A stretch of DNA of 64,000 nt. Source: Gammaproteobacteria bacterium. Its GTDB lineage: Bacteria; Pseudomonadota; Gammaproteobacteria; Chromatiales; Chromatiaceae. The position numbers and the translations under genes are program-made. Shown piece after piece: positions 51,218 through 60,910 of the stretch. Under the pieces are notes generated by a model. The model was not told the origin of the DNA and ran no database searches. It was given only the letters and a program-made list of their open reading frames with translations. Each line of letters starts with the position of its first letter. Position 1 is the stretch's first letter. The stretch covers positions 27,288 to 91,287 of the forward strand of contig JAHJDE010000093.1 in the NCBI GenBank assembly GCA_018812525.1, in the 5' to 3' direction.

Positions 51218-52636
51218 TTATTTTTCGCGAATTGAGCGAACGATTTGGGTAGTAGACACGCCATTGACGTAAGTCAGCGCAAGCACCTGTCCGCCGGCCT
51301 CGCGCACGCAGGCCGCGCCGGGAATCATTTCCGGATCGTTATCGCCGCCCTTGACCAGGAAATCGGGCTTGAGTCGGCAGATCAACCGTTCCGGGGTCTC
51401 TTCCGCGAAGGGAACAACCCAATCGACACAGCCCAGGGCCGCCAGCACCCGCATGCGTTGCGAGACTGAATTGACGGGGCGATCCTTACCCTTCAACGCA
51501 CGCACGGTCTCATCCACATTGACAGCCACCACGAGGCGCTCGCCCAATTTGCCGGCCTCTTCCAGGTAGGTCACATGGCCTGCATGCAGGATATCGAAGC
51601 AACCGTTGGTGAGGACAATGGTTTCACCCCGTGCCTTGGCCGCGACCAAGGCCTTGACCAAATGCTCTTCATCCACCACGCCCCGGTGGACGGCTTCTTC
51701 ATCATGCAGCGCCTTATAGAGCTCGTCGCTACTAACCGTGGCTGTGCCCAGCTTGCCCACCACTACCCCGGCAGCGGCATTGGCCATGTGGGTCGCGGCC
51801 TCTAACGGCATGCCGGTGGCAAGTCCGGCAGCAAGGGTTGCAATGACAGTGTCGCCAGCACCTGTTACATCGAAGACCTCGCGTGCGCGGGTCGGCATAT
51901 GACGTGCCAGCCGCCCCTTTTCCAGCAGGGTCATGCCCTGCTCGCCACGGGTGATCAAGAGGCCATCAAGCCCGTACTCAGCAACCATGCGCTCACCCCG
52001 TTCCTCCAACTCCTTCTCAGTCTCGCAAGCACCGGCAACGGTCTCGAACTCATGCAGGTTAGGGGTAATAAGGGTTGCACCCGCGTATTTACCAAAGTCT
52101 TTTCCCTTTGGATCGACCAGCACCGGCTTGCCTGCTTCGCGGGCAGCCTGGATGAATGCCTGGGGATTGTGCAGAGTCCCTTTGCCGTAGTCGGACAGGA
52201 TTACCACATCAAAGGCAGGCAGCAGCCGTAAAAAATTTTCCAACAATGAAGCGGCATCGTATCCGGGAAAGCCATCCTCGAAATCCAGCCGGATCAATTG
52301 CTGGTGACGGCTGAGGATCCGCAACTTGGTGATGGTCGAAAAAGCCGCGAGACGCTCGAACCGACAATCCACACCGTATTCCTGAAGACGACTGTCGAGG
52401 GCCCGGGCCATCTCGTCATCCCCGGTCAGGCCCATCAACAGACACAGCCCCCCCAGGGCCGTAATATTGAGCGCCACGTTGCCCGCGCCCCCCGGCCGAA
52501 ACTCCTCCTGCTCGACGCGCACCACGGGCACAGGCGCCTCCGGTGAGATCCTGGAGGCCGGACCGTGCCAATAGCGGTCCATCATGACATCGCCGAGCAC
52601 CAGGACCCGACCGGTAGAGAAATCAGGGAGTTCTTT
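51218..52636 (-). CDS. hldE: bifunctional D-beta-D-heptose 7-phosphate kinase / D-beta-D-heptose 1-phosphate adenylyltransferase
   Basis: Internal ATG MKELPDF... VLVLGDVMMDRYW.G...RISPEAPVPVV; DVTGAGDTV; C-terminal cytidylyltransferase NGCFDILHAGH..YL. Confidence 0.9.
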   Translation of the reverse strand, partial: KELPDFSTGRVLVLGDVMMDRYWHGPASRISPEAPVPVVRVEQEEFRPGGAGNVALNITALGGLCLLMGLTGDDEMARALDSRLQEYGVDCRFERLAAFSTITKLRILSRHQQLIRLDFEDGFPGYDAASLLENFLRLLPAFDVVILSDYGKGTLHNPQAFIQAAREAGKPVLVDPKGKDFGKYAGATLITPNLHEFETVAGACETEKELEERGERMVAEYGLDGLLITRGEQGMTLLEKGRLARHMPTRAREVFDVTGAGDTVIATLAAGLATGMPLEAATHMANAAAGVVVGKLGTATVSSDELYKALHDEEAVHRGVVDEEHLVKALVAAKARGETIVLTNGCFDILHAGHVTYLEEAGKLGERLVVAVNVDETVRALKGKDRPVNSVSQRMRVLAALGCVDWVVPFAEETPERLICRLKPDFLVKGGDNDPEMIPGAACVREAGGQVLALTYVNGVSTTQIVRSIREK

Positions 52637-52738
52637 CATCAAAGTGTGCTTCGCGGGTACGGGAATAACATACATATTACCGATAGGGCAGGGAGGTGTT
52701 TTCTTGGTATGACTAATGCCCGCTGAAAACGGGGCTTA

Positions 52739-54013
52739 TCACAGCACCCAGACAGGCCTCTCTCCGAAGGCGTTATGCCCGAACAACCCCTTGACATCAA
52801 TGACGCCAGCGCTTGATGCCAGTTTGGTGAGGATCTGACCGGCCCCTAGCTGCCGGTAGGCACTATGGGCCACGGCGATCACGATAGCGTCCGCTATCGG
52901 CAGCTCGTTCCAGGGCCTGAGGGCAATGCCGTATTCGTGTTGCGCCTCGGTAACATCGCCCAGTGGATCATGCACCGACACCTGGATGCCGTAACTTTCC
53001 AACTCACGAATGATATCCGGCACCTTGGAGTTGCGCAGATCAGGGCAATCCTCTTTGAAGGTGAGTCCCAACACATTGACCCTTGCGCCCTTGATCGGCT
53101 GGCCCGCCAGAGCCATCAGCTTAACAGTCTTCTCGGCGATAAACTTGCCCATGCCATCGTTGATACGGCGGCCTGCAAGGATGACTTGGGGATGGTAGCC
53201 AAGCATCTCGGCCTTGTATGTGAGGTAATAGGGATCCACGCCAATGCAATGCCCGCCCACCAGTCCAGGGCGGAACGGGAGAAAATTCCATTTGGTGCCG
53301 GCCGCTTCCAGTACCTCATGGGTGTCAATATCCATGCGGTCAAAGATCACGGCGAGTTCGTTCATCAGCGCGATGTTTAGATCGCGCTGGGTGTTTTCAA
53401 TGACCTTGGCCGCTTCGGCCACCTTGATGCTGGAGGCCCGATGGACACCCGCCTCAATCACAGTTTCATAGAGTGCGGCAACCCTTTCCAGTGTTTCGCC
53501 ATCATCGCCGGATACCACTTTGACGATGGTCTCCAGCCGATGGACCCTGTCGCCCGGATTGATGCGTTCAGGGGAATAGCCAGCGTGAAAATCATGCCTC
53601 CACTTCAGTCCGGAATGCGTCTCTAGCTCCGGAATACAGACCTCTTCGGTGGCGCCGGGGTAGACCGTTGATTCAAAAACCACGATGGCGCCCCTTTTCA
53701 TGTATCGCCCGGCGATCCGGCTGGCCCCAATAAGTGGGCGCAGATCAGGACGATGCGCTTGATCTATAGGGGTTGGCACGGCGACAATCAGATAGTCAGC
53801 TTCTGCCAGTGCCGCCGGGTCATTGGTCACGAACAACTTGGTGGAGGCCTTCAGTTCTGCTTCGGAAACCTCGCCTGTGGGGTCGCAATGATGGCGATAA
53901 TTCTGGATCTTGGCCTCATCCAGATCGAATCCAATGGTTTTGAAATGCTTACCGAAGGCAACAGCCAGCGGCAAGCCGACGTATCCCAGGCCGATAACTG
54001 CAACGGTCGTCAT
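52739..54013 (-). CDS. nucleotide sugar dehydrogenase (UDP-N-acetylhexosamine 6-dehydrogenase, TviB/WbpO-like)
   Basis: 424 aa. VAVIGLGYVGLPLAVAFGK; GYSPERINPGD; GLVGGHCIGVDPYYL. Confidence 0.85.
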   Translation of the reverse strand: MTTVAVIGLGYVGLPLAVAFGKHFKTIGFDLDEAKIQNYRHHCDPTGEVSEAELKASTKLFVTNDPAALAEADYLIVAVPTPIDQAHRPDLRPLIGASRIAGRYMKRGAIVVFESTVYPGATEEVCIPELETHSGLKWRHDFHAGYSPERINPGDRVHRLETIVKVVSGDDGETLERVAALYETVIEAGVHRASSIKVAEAAKVIENTQRDLNIALMNELAVIFDRMDIDTHEVLEAAGTKWNFLPFRPGLVGGHCIGVDPYYLTYKAEMLGYHPQVILAGRRINDGMGKFIAEKTVKLMALAGQPIKGARVNVLGLTFKEDCPDLRNSKVPDIIRELESYGIQVSVHDPLGDVTEAQHEYGIALRPWNELPIADAIVIAVAHSAYRQLGAGQILTKLASSAGVIDVKGLFGHNAFGERPVWVL

Positions 54014-54350
54014 AAAGCAATACCTCTAAAAATTTATCGCAAAAAAACCAAAGCCAAGGCGGACTCAAGTTGTAACTGTACCAGGGCGCGAAAGACAATG
54101 GCGTAAAGGGGCAGCTGGTAGGCTACCCACTTTCACTTTCCGGTCAGGGGATAAAAGTCCCGGTTCATCACGGAAGCGGTGTGATGGTTGCCGGCAGGAC
54201 GATACATCCGCCAGGCTCGGCGTTCAAATCAAGAACGCCACCATAGTGGCCGTCTCAGCGAATCAGTTTGACGATACCGGCCGATGCCTAGACAATTCCA
54301 TCGAAACCAGGGATACCTGGATCATCTGGCCCGCAACAAGAGGAATTTCA

Positions 54351-55631
54351 ATGGAAGACAGGACTGCTGTGGCATCAGAGGTCAGGACCGCCCACAGAAT
54401 TCTCGCTGGAATGTCCCCTGCAGCCCTGCTGATCGCCGCTCTTGCACTCTCGATGCCTTTTTCACGCGCAGCCATCAGCTTGCTGACGGCCATGATTCTC
54501 ATTCTCTGGATTGCAAAGTCCAAACCCTGGAAAGGCTGTTCCTTATCAAATACGCCGAAGCTGATTCTCGCGATGGCTGCTTACGTTGCATTTGGTTTGA
54601 TTTCGCTGCTCTGGTCGGAGGACATTCCTTGGGGACTGGACATACTCGGCATGTATCTCTACTGGTTAGTGATCCCCGCCATTGCATTCTTGCTCAGGAA
54701 AGAAGATATCAATCCTGTAATTTCCGCCTTCCTCATTGGAATGGCAATCAGCCAGATACTGTTCTGGGGCAGGCATTTTGGACTCTGGGAGCTGAAACAT
54801 GGCCTAACACCCTTCATGAACACCATTGAATATGGTGTCTACCTTTGTGTAACCATTCTTGTGCTTATCACTCGAGCCATGAGCAGCAAGTATAGGCTGC
54901 GTACAAGATTTTTATATGGTGCTTATCTCACTATTACAACTGTAGCGCTTTTTACCTCTCCAGGACTGACGGGTCAAGTCGCCTTCGTCGCCGCGGTACC
55001 CTTTGCCTTCATTCTTTACACTAAGGCTACCTCAAAGAAGCCAGTATTTTCTTCCTTTGCGGTCGTGCTCCTGGTCGCCAGCGTTTTTGCGGCAACCTGG
55101 AAACTCAGCCCGGTCTTTCAGACGAATATTGACGAGTTTGAACAGGTAAGATCTGTACTTGCCGGCGAAAACATTTCAGAATCCTTAACGCAAAGCAGTG
55201 TTGGTCAACGCACGGCCATGATTATCATAGGCTGCGAAATCTTTGTAAAGCAACCGCTGTTAGGCACCGGCTTCGGCGATACAATGCATGATTTTCAGCG
55301 CATCCTCAAGGAACGCCATCAGGAGATGGCGTCTCTTGATGGCTTCAGCAATACCCATTTGCATACCATGTATATCGAGGTAGCGACCAGAATAGGAATC
55401 GTCGGTCTCATCCTGTTTGGCATCGTTTTCTATTACTATTTTACCTTGGCTGTTAGTGACAAAGAAACAAACAAGTTGCGCACCCTGTTCGCGATTGCCT
55501 TTTTGGCCGCATTTATCGGTGAGCCCCTATGGCATAAGCAATTTTCCATGGCGCTTTTTTCCCTGTTTACGGCCCTCTTCGTTCTTGCATCTAAACAAGA
55601 CGAGAATGCCGAGATGGCTTCACCAGACTGA
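54351..55631 (+). CDS. O-antigen ligase family membrane protein (WaaL-like)
   Basis: Polytopic. Wzy_C-type motif NTHLHTMYIEVATRIGIVGL. AT-rich. Start at internal ATG MEDRT is uncertain. Confidence 0.7.
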   Translation: MEDRTAVASEVRTAHRILAGMSPAALLIAALALSMPFSRAAISLLTAMILILWIAKSKPWKGCSLSNTPKLILAMAAYVAFGLISLLWSEDIPWGLDILGMYLYWLVIPAIAFLLRKEDINPVISAFLIGMAISQILFWGRHFGLWELKHGLTPFMNTIEYGVYLCVTILVLITRAMSSKYRLRTRFLYGAYLTITTVALFTSPGLTGQVAFVAAVPFAFILYTKATSKKPVFSSFAVVLLVASVFAATWKLSPVFQTNIDEFEQVRSVLAGENISESLTQSSVGQRTAMIIIGCEIFVKQPLLGTGFGDTMHDFQRILKERHQEMASLDGFSNTHLHTMYIEVATRIGIVGLILFGIVFYYYFTLAVSDKETNKLRTLFAIAFLAAFIGEPLWHKQFSMALFSLFTALFVLASKQDENAEMASPD

Positions 55632-55651
55632 CTATTTTGTCTTATTTACCT

Positions 55652-57397
55652 ATGCAATCCATTCCTCCTGACAACAAGGGGCTTTATCTGCGGCTGCTCG
55701 ATCTCGTGCGCCCCTATTCAAGATTTTTTGCCCTAGCCGTATTCTTTCTTATTATCTTCTCTTCCACGCAAGCCGCCATCCCCGCCTTGCTTCAGCCACT
55801 ATTGGATGGGACATTTGTTCATCGGGACGAAAGGTTCTTGTTATGGGCACCTCTCGGGATCATCATTCTCTCGCTGGTGCGAGGGACATCCAATTTTATA
55901 AGCCAGTATCTATTTTCATGGATATCAACCAAAGTTGTGCATGATATACGCGATCAGATATTTAATCGTTATCTTACGCTTCCCACGCACTTTTACGATA
56001 CCCATACTGCGGGTAGCTTGATTTCAAAAATCACTTATGATGCTACAAGGGTCTCGGATTCTGGCACTACTGTCCTCATATCTTTGATCAAGGATTCATT
56101 TACCGCAGCAGGACTTATTGCGTATATTGTCTATCTCAACTGGAAGCTCAGCTTTCTGATTTTTATTCTTGCTCTCATCGTCGCCTACCTGATTAAGGTG
56201 CTGGGAAAACGTCTGCGTCAATTGCACAGAAAGCTGCAAAAGGACTACAGCGATATGACCCATGTATTGGAAGAGGCAATCAAGGGGAATAAGGTAATCA
56301 AGATATTTGGGGGGCAAGCAAAGGAAAATAAACGCTTCACGCAATCGTCAAACTGGGTGCGGCGTATGCAGATGAAGACCCAGGTTGCCTCCTCAATTGG
56401 CTCACCCATCATTGAGATTATTGGCGCAATTATCATGGCGTTTATCATTTATATCAGCGCCAAGCCAGGAGATGATGCCCTCACCGTTGGTGGTTTCATG
56501 GCGTTTCTAACCGCCCTGGTGCTTTTGATCTCTCCGATCAAGAATCTCACCAAGATCAATGACCAAATCCAAAAGGGTATTGCAGCCGCAGAAAGCCTCT
56601 TTTCCATCATAGATGAACAAGCCGAACCGGATCTTGGCACTATTTCATCCGGCAAACTTACCGGCAAAATTCAGTTCCATAATGTCACCTTCTACTACCC
56701 TGGTACTCAGCAAAGGATCTTTGATAACCTAAGCCTTGAAATACCAGCCGGCTCATCCCTTGCACTTGTAGGTGCATCCGGCAGCGGTAAAAGTACCATC
56801 GCCAATCTTATTCCTCGGTTCTATACCCTCACCTCCGGTTTTATTACAGTAGATGGCATTGACATAACCTCTATTCATCTTGCTGAATATCGGGACAACA
56901 TTTCCTATGTTAGCCAGGACATAACATTATTTAATGACAGCATAGCCAACAATATTGCCTATGGATTGCCAGAGCGCCCAGAGGATTCCGCAATTATTGC
57001 TGCTGCGCGAGCGGCTTATGCCATTGACTTTATTGAACAGTTACCCAGTGGCTTTGAAACCCTAATTGGGGACAATGGGTTGCGTTTATCAGGAGGTCAG
57101 CGCCAACGGATTGCCATCGCGCGCGCTCTACTGAAGGATGCCCCAATTCTTATCCTTGATGAGGCCACATCTGCGCTCGATACAGAATCTGAGCGTTTTG
57201 TACAGGCTGCGCTTGAGAATTTACGTAGGAACCGTACAACCATTATCATTGCCCATAGGCTTTCCACAGTAGAGAGCGCCGATCGAATCCTCGTTCTTGA
57301 CAGGGGAAAGATCATAGAGTCTGGGTCACATGCGGATTTATTGCACCAAAATGGCTGCTACGCTTCCCTGTATAAGACCCAAGATGTTCAGGGCTAA
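55652..57397 (+). CDS. msbA: lipid A export ATP-binding/permease protein MsbA
   Basis: Six-TM domain plus an NBD with GASGSGKST, LSGGQRQRIAIARALL and ILILDEATSALD. ATG at 55652 (ORF-track TTG at 55637 also possible). AT-rich. Confidence 0.9.
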   Translation: MQSIPPDNKGLYLRLLDLVRPYSRFFALAVFFLIIFSSTQAAIPALLQPLLDGTFVHRDERFLLWAPLGIIILSLVRGTSNFISQYLFSWISTKVVHDIRDQIFNRYLTLPTHFYDTHTAGSLISKITYDATRVSDSGTTVLISLIKDSFTAAGLIAYIVYLNWKLSFLIFILALIVAYLIKVLGKRLRQLHRKLQKDYSDMTHVLEEAIKGNKVIKIFGGQAKENKRFTQSSNWVRRMQMKTQVASSIGSPIIEIIGAIIMAFIIYISAKPGDDALTVGGFMAFLTALVLLISPIKNLTKINDQIQKGIAAAESLFSIIDEQAEPDLGTISSGKLTGKIQFHNVTFYYPGTQQRIFDNLSLEIPAGSSLALVGASGSGKSTIANLIPRFYTLTSGFITVDGIDITSIHLAEYRDNISYVSQDITLFNDSIANNIAYGLPERPEDSAIIAAARAAYAIDFIEQLPSGFETLIGDNGLRLSGGQRQRIAIARALLKDAPILILDEATSALDTESERFVQAALENLRRNRTTIIIAHRLSTVESADRILVLDRGKIIESGSHADLLHQNGCYASLYKTQDVQG

Positions 57398-57885
57398 TTT
57401 CCGGTATTCCGCTGCCATCCATTCCTGTTCCCCGTGACTGTGGCTACGGGTACATGGACATAGGGCTCAGGATGAATACCACCAGACGTTATCCATCACC
57501 AAAACGGCCATAGTAAAACAATGCGTTAACGCGCCGCGAGTTACGACACTGGCGAACAAGTGAGGTGAAGTGTACACAGGGTATGTCATAGGCAGGCTGG
57601 TGTCGCTTCGAAAAGCCGTTCCGGATTGGTCAGCGTTGTAACCTGCGTGAAACCTAAACGAGCCAGGCGTTATGGTAAGCCTGGTTAGCGCCGGCGGAGT
57701 TCTCAAGCTACGGCATGTGACAAGAGATGCGTCTTGAACGCGGGAGACCCCTTGGGTTCCTTGTCGGAACCGGCGGGAGGGACGAGGTATACAGGTATTG
57801 AGACACAGATAGGAAACCTGGTGACTGTCCCATTTTCACGAACAGCTTGAACCCGAGCCCCCCGACCCTTATCTTCTGCACTCAT

Positions 57886-58806
57886 ATGGATACCCTGATT
57901 CAAGCCACCAATCTATTTCGCCGCTTTGGCCGCCGTCCTGCCGTGGACGGGCTCGACATCGAACTCGCGCGGGGCGATATCCTCGGCTTTCTCGGCCCCA
58001 ACGGCGCCGGCAAGTCCACCACCATGCGCATGCTCACCGGCAATCTGGCCCCGCAGGGCGGGACGATTAAAGTCAATGGCGTGGACTTGTTGGAGCATCC
58101 CCTTGAAGCGAAGCGCAGTCTTGGCTATCTGCCCGAGGCCCCGCCGCTCTACCGCGACATGACGGTGGATGAATACCTGAGCTTCGCCGCCCGCCTGAAC
58201 GCCGTTCCCAAGGGTCAGCAGCTTGATGCCGTGCTGCGTGCCAAGGAGCGTTGCGGCCTGTCCGATGTGGGACATCGCTTGATCGGGAATCTCTCCAGGG
58301 GTTTTCAGCAACGGGTGGGTATTGCCCAGGCCATTGTCCACAACCCCACCCTGGTGGTGCTGGATGAGCCGACGGTGGGGCTCGACCCCAACCAGATCCG
58401 CGAGATCCGCCAGTTGATCCGCGAGCTGGGGGAGCAGCACGCCGTCATCCTCTCTACCCATATCCTGCCCGAGGTGCAGACTGTCTGTAACCGGGTCCAG
58501 ATCATCCACAAGGGCAGGACGGTTTATTCCGCCAAGGTGGCCGATGAAGAGGCTGCTGCCGAGATCCTCCTGGTTGCCTTCGACCGGGAACCCTCCCTTG
58601 ACGACCTGGTGTCGCTGGAAGCTGTGCAGGAGGCGGATCGGCTGGATAACGGGCGTTTCCAGTTGCGGCCATACCCTGATACGCCAATCAGTGCCCTGGC
58701 CGAGCGCTTGGTGGCCAGCGGCTGGGGGTTGCGGGAGCTGACGCCGCAACGCCGTACCCTGGAACAGATCTTCGTCGAACTCACCACCAGAGAGCCCGTA
58801 GCATGA
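57886..58806 (+). CDS. ABC transporter ATP-binding protein (ABC-2/GldA-like)
   Basis: Internal ATG MDTLIQATNL... GPNGAGKSTT, LSRGFQQRVGIAQA, VVLDEPTVGLDP. Confidence 0.9.
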   Translation: MDTLIQATNLFRRFGRRPAVDGLDIELARGDILGFLGPNGAGKSTTMRMLTGNLAPQGGTIKVNGVDLLEHPLEAKRSLGYLPEAPPLYRDMTVDEYLSFAARLNAVPKGQQLDAVLRAKERCGLSDVGHRLIGNLSRGFQQRVGIAQAIVHNPTLVVLDEPTVGLDPNQIREIRQLIRELGEQHAVILSTHILPEVQTVCNRVQIIHKGRTVYSAKVADEEAAAEILLVAFDREPSLDDLVSLEAVQEADRLDNGRFQLRPYPDTPISALAERLVASGWGLRELTPQRRTLEQIFVELTTREPVA

Positions 58807-59555
58807 TCGGCGTGATTGCTTCCCGCGAATGGAAGAGCCTCTTTCTGTCGCCCCTTGCCTGGAGCGTGCTGGGGGTAATACAGTTGATCCTGGCCTGGAT
58901 CTTTCTGGCCCAGACCGATACCTTTTTGCAGGTGCAGCCGCGTCTCGCCGGCATGGCAGGTGCGCCTGGCCTGACCGACCTGATCGCCACGCCCCTGTTC
59001 GGCGCAGCAGCTACCTTTCTCATGCTGCTGACCCCGTTGCTGAGCATGCGTCTGATCAGCGACGAGCTGCGCAACGGCACTTTCAGCCTGCTGCTGACGG
59101 CGCCGGTCTCCATGACCCAGATCGTGCTCGGCAAATACCTGGGGTTCATGGGTTTCATCGCTGTCTCCCTCGGTCTGACCCTGCTGATGCCGCTGTCGCT
59201 GCTGCTCGGCGGCAGCCTCGATTTCGGCAAGCTGGCGGCGTGCCTCATGGGGCTGTTTCTGACGACGGCGACCTTCGCCGCCATAGGCATCTTCATCTCC
59301 AGCCTGACCGCACAGCCCGCCATTGCCGCCATCGGTACCTACGGTGTACTGCTCTTCTTATGGATCATCAACCTGGCGGCAGAAACCGGCGAGCAGAGCG
59401 GCCGGCTTTTCAACTGGCTCTCCCTCCAGTCCCATTACGAGTTCATGATGCAGGGACTGATGCGCTCCAGCGACCTGATCTACTACCTTCTACTGATCGC
59501 GGTCTTTCTCCTGCTGACCATCCGTCGGCTGGATAACCGGCGCAGGGAGGACTGA
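58803..59555 (+). CDS. ABC-2 type transporter permease (GldF-like)
   Basis: 250 aa, about 6 TM segments. E.....F.LLLTAP. 4-nt overlap with the ATPase gene. Confidence 0.85.
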   Translation: MIGVIASREWKSLFLSPLAWSVLGVIQLILAWIFLAQTDTFLQVQPRLAGMAGAPGLTDLIATPLFGAAATFLMLLTPLLSMRLISDELRNGTFSLLLTAPVSMTQIVLGKYLGFMGFIAVSLGLTLLMPLSLLLGGSLDFGKLAACLMGLFLTTATFAAIGIFISSLTAQPAIAAIGTYGVLLFLWIINLAAETGEQSGRLFNWLSLQSHYEFMMQGLMRSSDLIYYLLLIAVFLLLTIRRLDNRRRED

Positions 59556-59558
59556 ACC

Positions 59559-60902
59559 ATGTCTCAAACGCAGGGCCTCTTCGTTCGCCGGATCAACAAC
59601 CTCGCCTTCTATCTCCTCTTCGTGGCCGCCGTCGGATTGATCGGCTGGCTCAGCACCCGTTACGAGGCTCAGTGGGACTGGACCGCCGGCGGACGCAACA
59701 GCCTCTCCGAACCCTCCATCAGCCTGCTGCAAAGATTGGAGGGGCCGCTCAGCATCAAATGCTTCGCCCCGGAAAACGCCCTGCTGCGGGATCCCATCCG
59801 TGAGCTTATCGGCCGCTACCGGCGCTATAGCGACAAGGTCGAACTCGCCTTTATCAACCCCGATCTAGAGCCTGATCTGGCACGTAAGCTCGGCATCACC
59901 GTCGCCGGTGAGCTGATGCTGGAATACCAGGGCCGTAGCGAGACCCTCACCGACCTGAACGAGGAATCCATCACCAACGCCATCCAGCGCCTGGCCCTGG
60001 GCGGCGAACGCTGGGTCGGCTTTCTCGCCGGTCACGGGGAGCGTGCCGTCGAAGGACAGGCCAATTTCGACCTGGGCGATTTCGGCCGGGAACTGGAGCG
60101 CAAGGGTTATCATGTGCGCCCCCTGAATCTGGCCGAGACCCCCGATATCCCGGCCAACATCAACCTGCTGGTCATCCCCGGCCCCCGTGCCGAACTCATG
60201 GCGGGCGAGGTTGCAATCCTCAATAGATACCTGGAGCAGGGCGGAAACCTGCTCTGGCTGCTCGACCCTGGCCCCCTGTACGGACTGGAACCTCTGGCAG
60301 ACGCCCTTGGGCTGAAGGTCCTGCCGGGGACCGTCGTCGATGTGAATGCCTACGCCCTCGGCATCAAGGACCCGGCGGTAGCCCTGATCACCGCCTATCC
60401 TGAACATCCCGCCGTCGGCTCCCTGAGCCAGGTCAGCCTCTTTCCCCATGCCGCCGGACTGGAGGCAAAGGCCCCTGAAGGCTGGGAAAGCACAGCGCTG
60501 CTTGAGACCCTGGATCGCACCTGGAACGAGACCGGCCCCCTCAGCGGCCAGATCCAGCACGACGAAGGCACGGGCGAGAAGGCCGGCCCCCTGGCCATCG
60601 CCTATCTCTTCGACCGCCACGTCAAGGAGAAGGGCCAAAGGGTCCTGGCGATTGGTGACGGGGACTTCCTCTCCAATGCCTTTCTCGGCAACGGCGGCAA
60701 TCTCAATCTGGGTGTAAACCTTATCCGCTGGCTGACCGGCGACGAGCGTCTGCTCAATATACCGGCCAAGACCGCGCCCGACCTCAGCCTGGAGATATCC
60801 CAGATCGCCGGCGCGATCCTCGCCTTCGGTTTTCTCATGGTCATGCCGCTGGCCCTGTTCGGCACCGGTTTCCTGATCTGGTGGCGACGCCGTAACCGCT
60901 GA
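59559..60902 (+). CDS. GldG family ABC-transporter auxiliary protein
   Basis: 447 aa. N- and C-terminal TM anchors around a large periplasmic domain. GG.LLWL.DP; GD.DF.SN.FL...GN..L..N...WL. Confidence 0.8.
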   Translation: MSQTQGLFVRRINNLAFYLLFVAAVGLIGWLSTRYEAQWDWTAGGRNSLSEPSISLLQRLEGPLSIKCFAPENALLRDPIRELIGRYRRYSDKVELAFINPDLEPDLARKLGITVAGELMLEYQGRSETLTDLNEESITNAIQRLALGGERWVGFLAGHGERAVEGQANFDLGDFGRELERKGYHVRPLNLAETPDIPANINLLVIPGPRAELMAGEVAILNRYLEQGGNLLWLLDPGPLYGLEPLADALGLKVLPGTVVDVNAYALGIKDPAVALITAYPEHPAVGSLSQVSLFPHAAGLEAKAPEGWESTALLETLDRTWNETGPLSGQIQHDEGTGEKAGPLAIAYLFDRHVKEKGQRVLAIGDGDFLSNAFLGNGGNLNLGVNLIRWLTGDERLLNIPAKTAPDLSLEISQIAGAILAFGFLMVMPLALFGTGFLIWWRRRNR

Positions 60903-60910
60903 GCCCGCCC

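Noticed and set aside
54100-54245. Short minus-strand ORFs in the sugar dehydrogenase/waaL spacer (for example MYRPAGNHHTASVMNRDFYPLTGK)
   Set aside because: Too short, with no ribosome-binding site and no recognisable family. Possibly a remnant, but unsupported.
57398-57885. Group II intron fragment, RNase P RNA, tmRNA or SRP RNA
   Set aside because: A GAAAAGCCG..CCGG stretch is faintly reminiscent of group II intron domain I. There is no GUGCG 5' end, no domain V (GAGCCGUAU...ACGGUUC), no reverse transcriptase ORF, and none of the RNase P (GAGGAAAGUCCGGGC), tmRNA or SRP conserved blocks.
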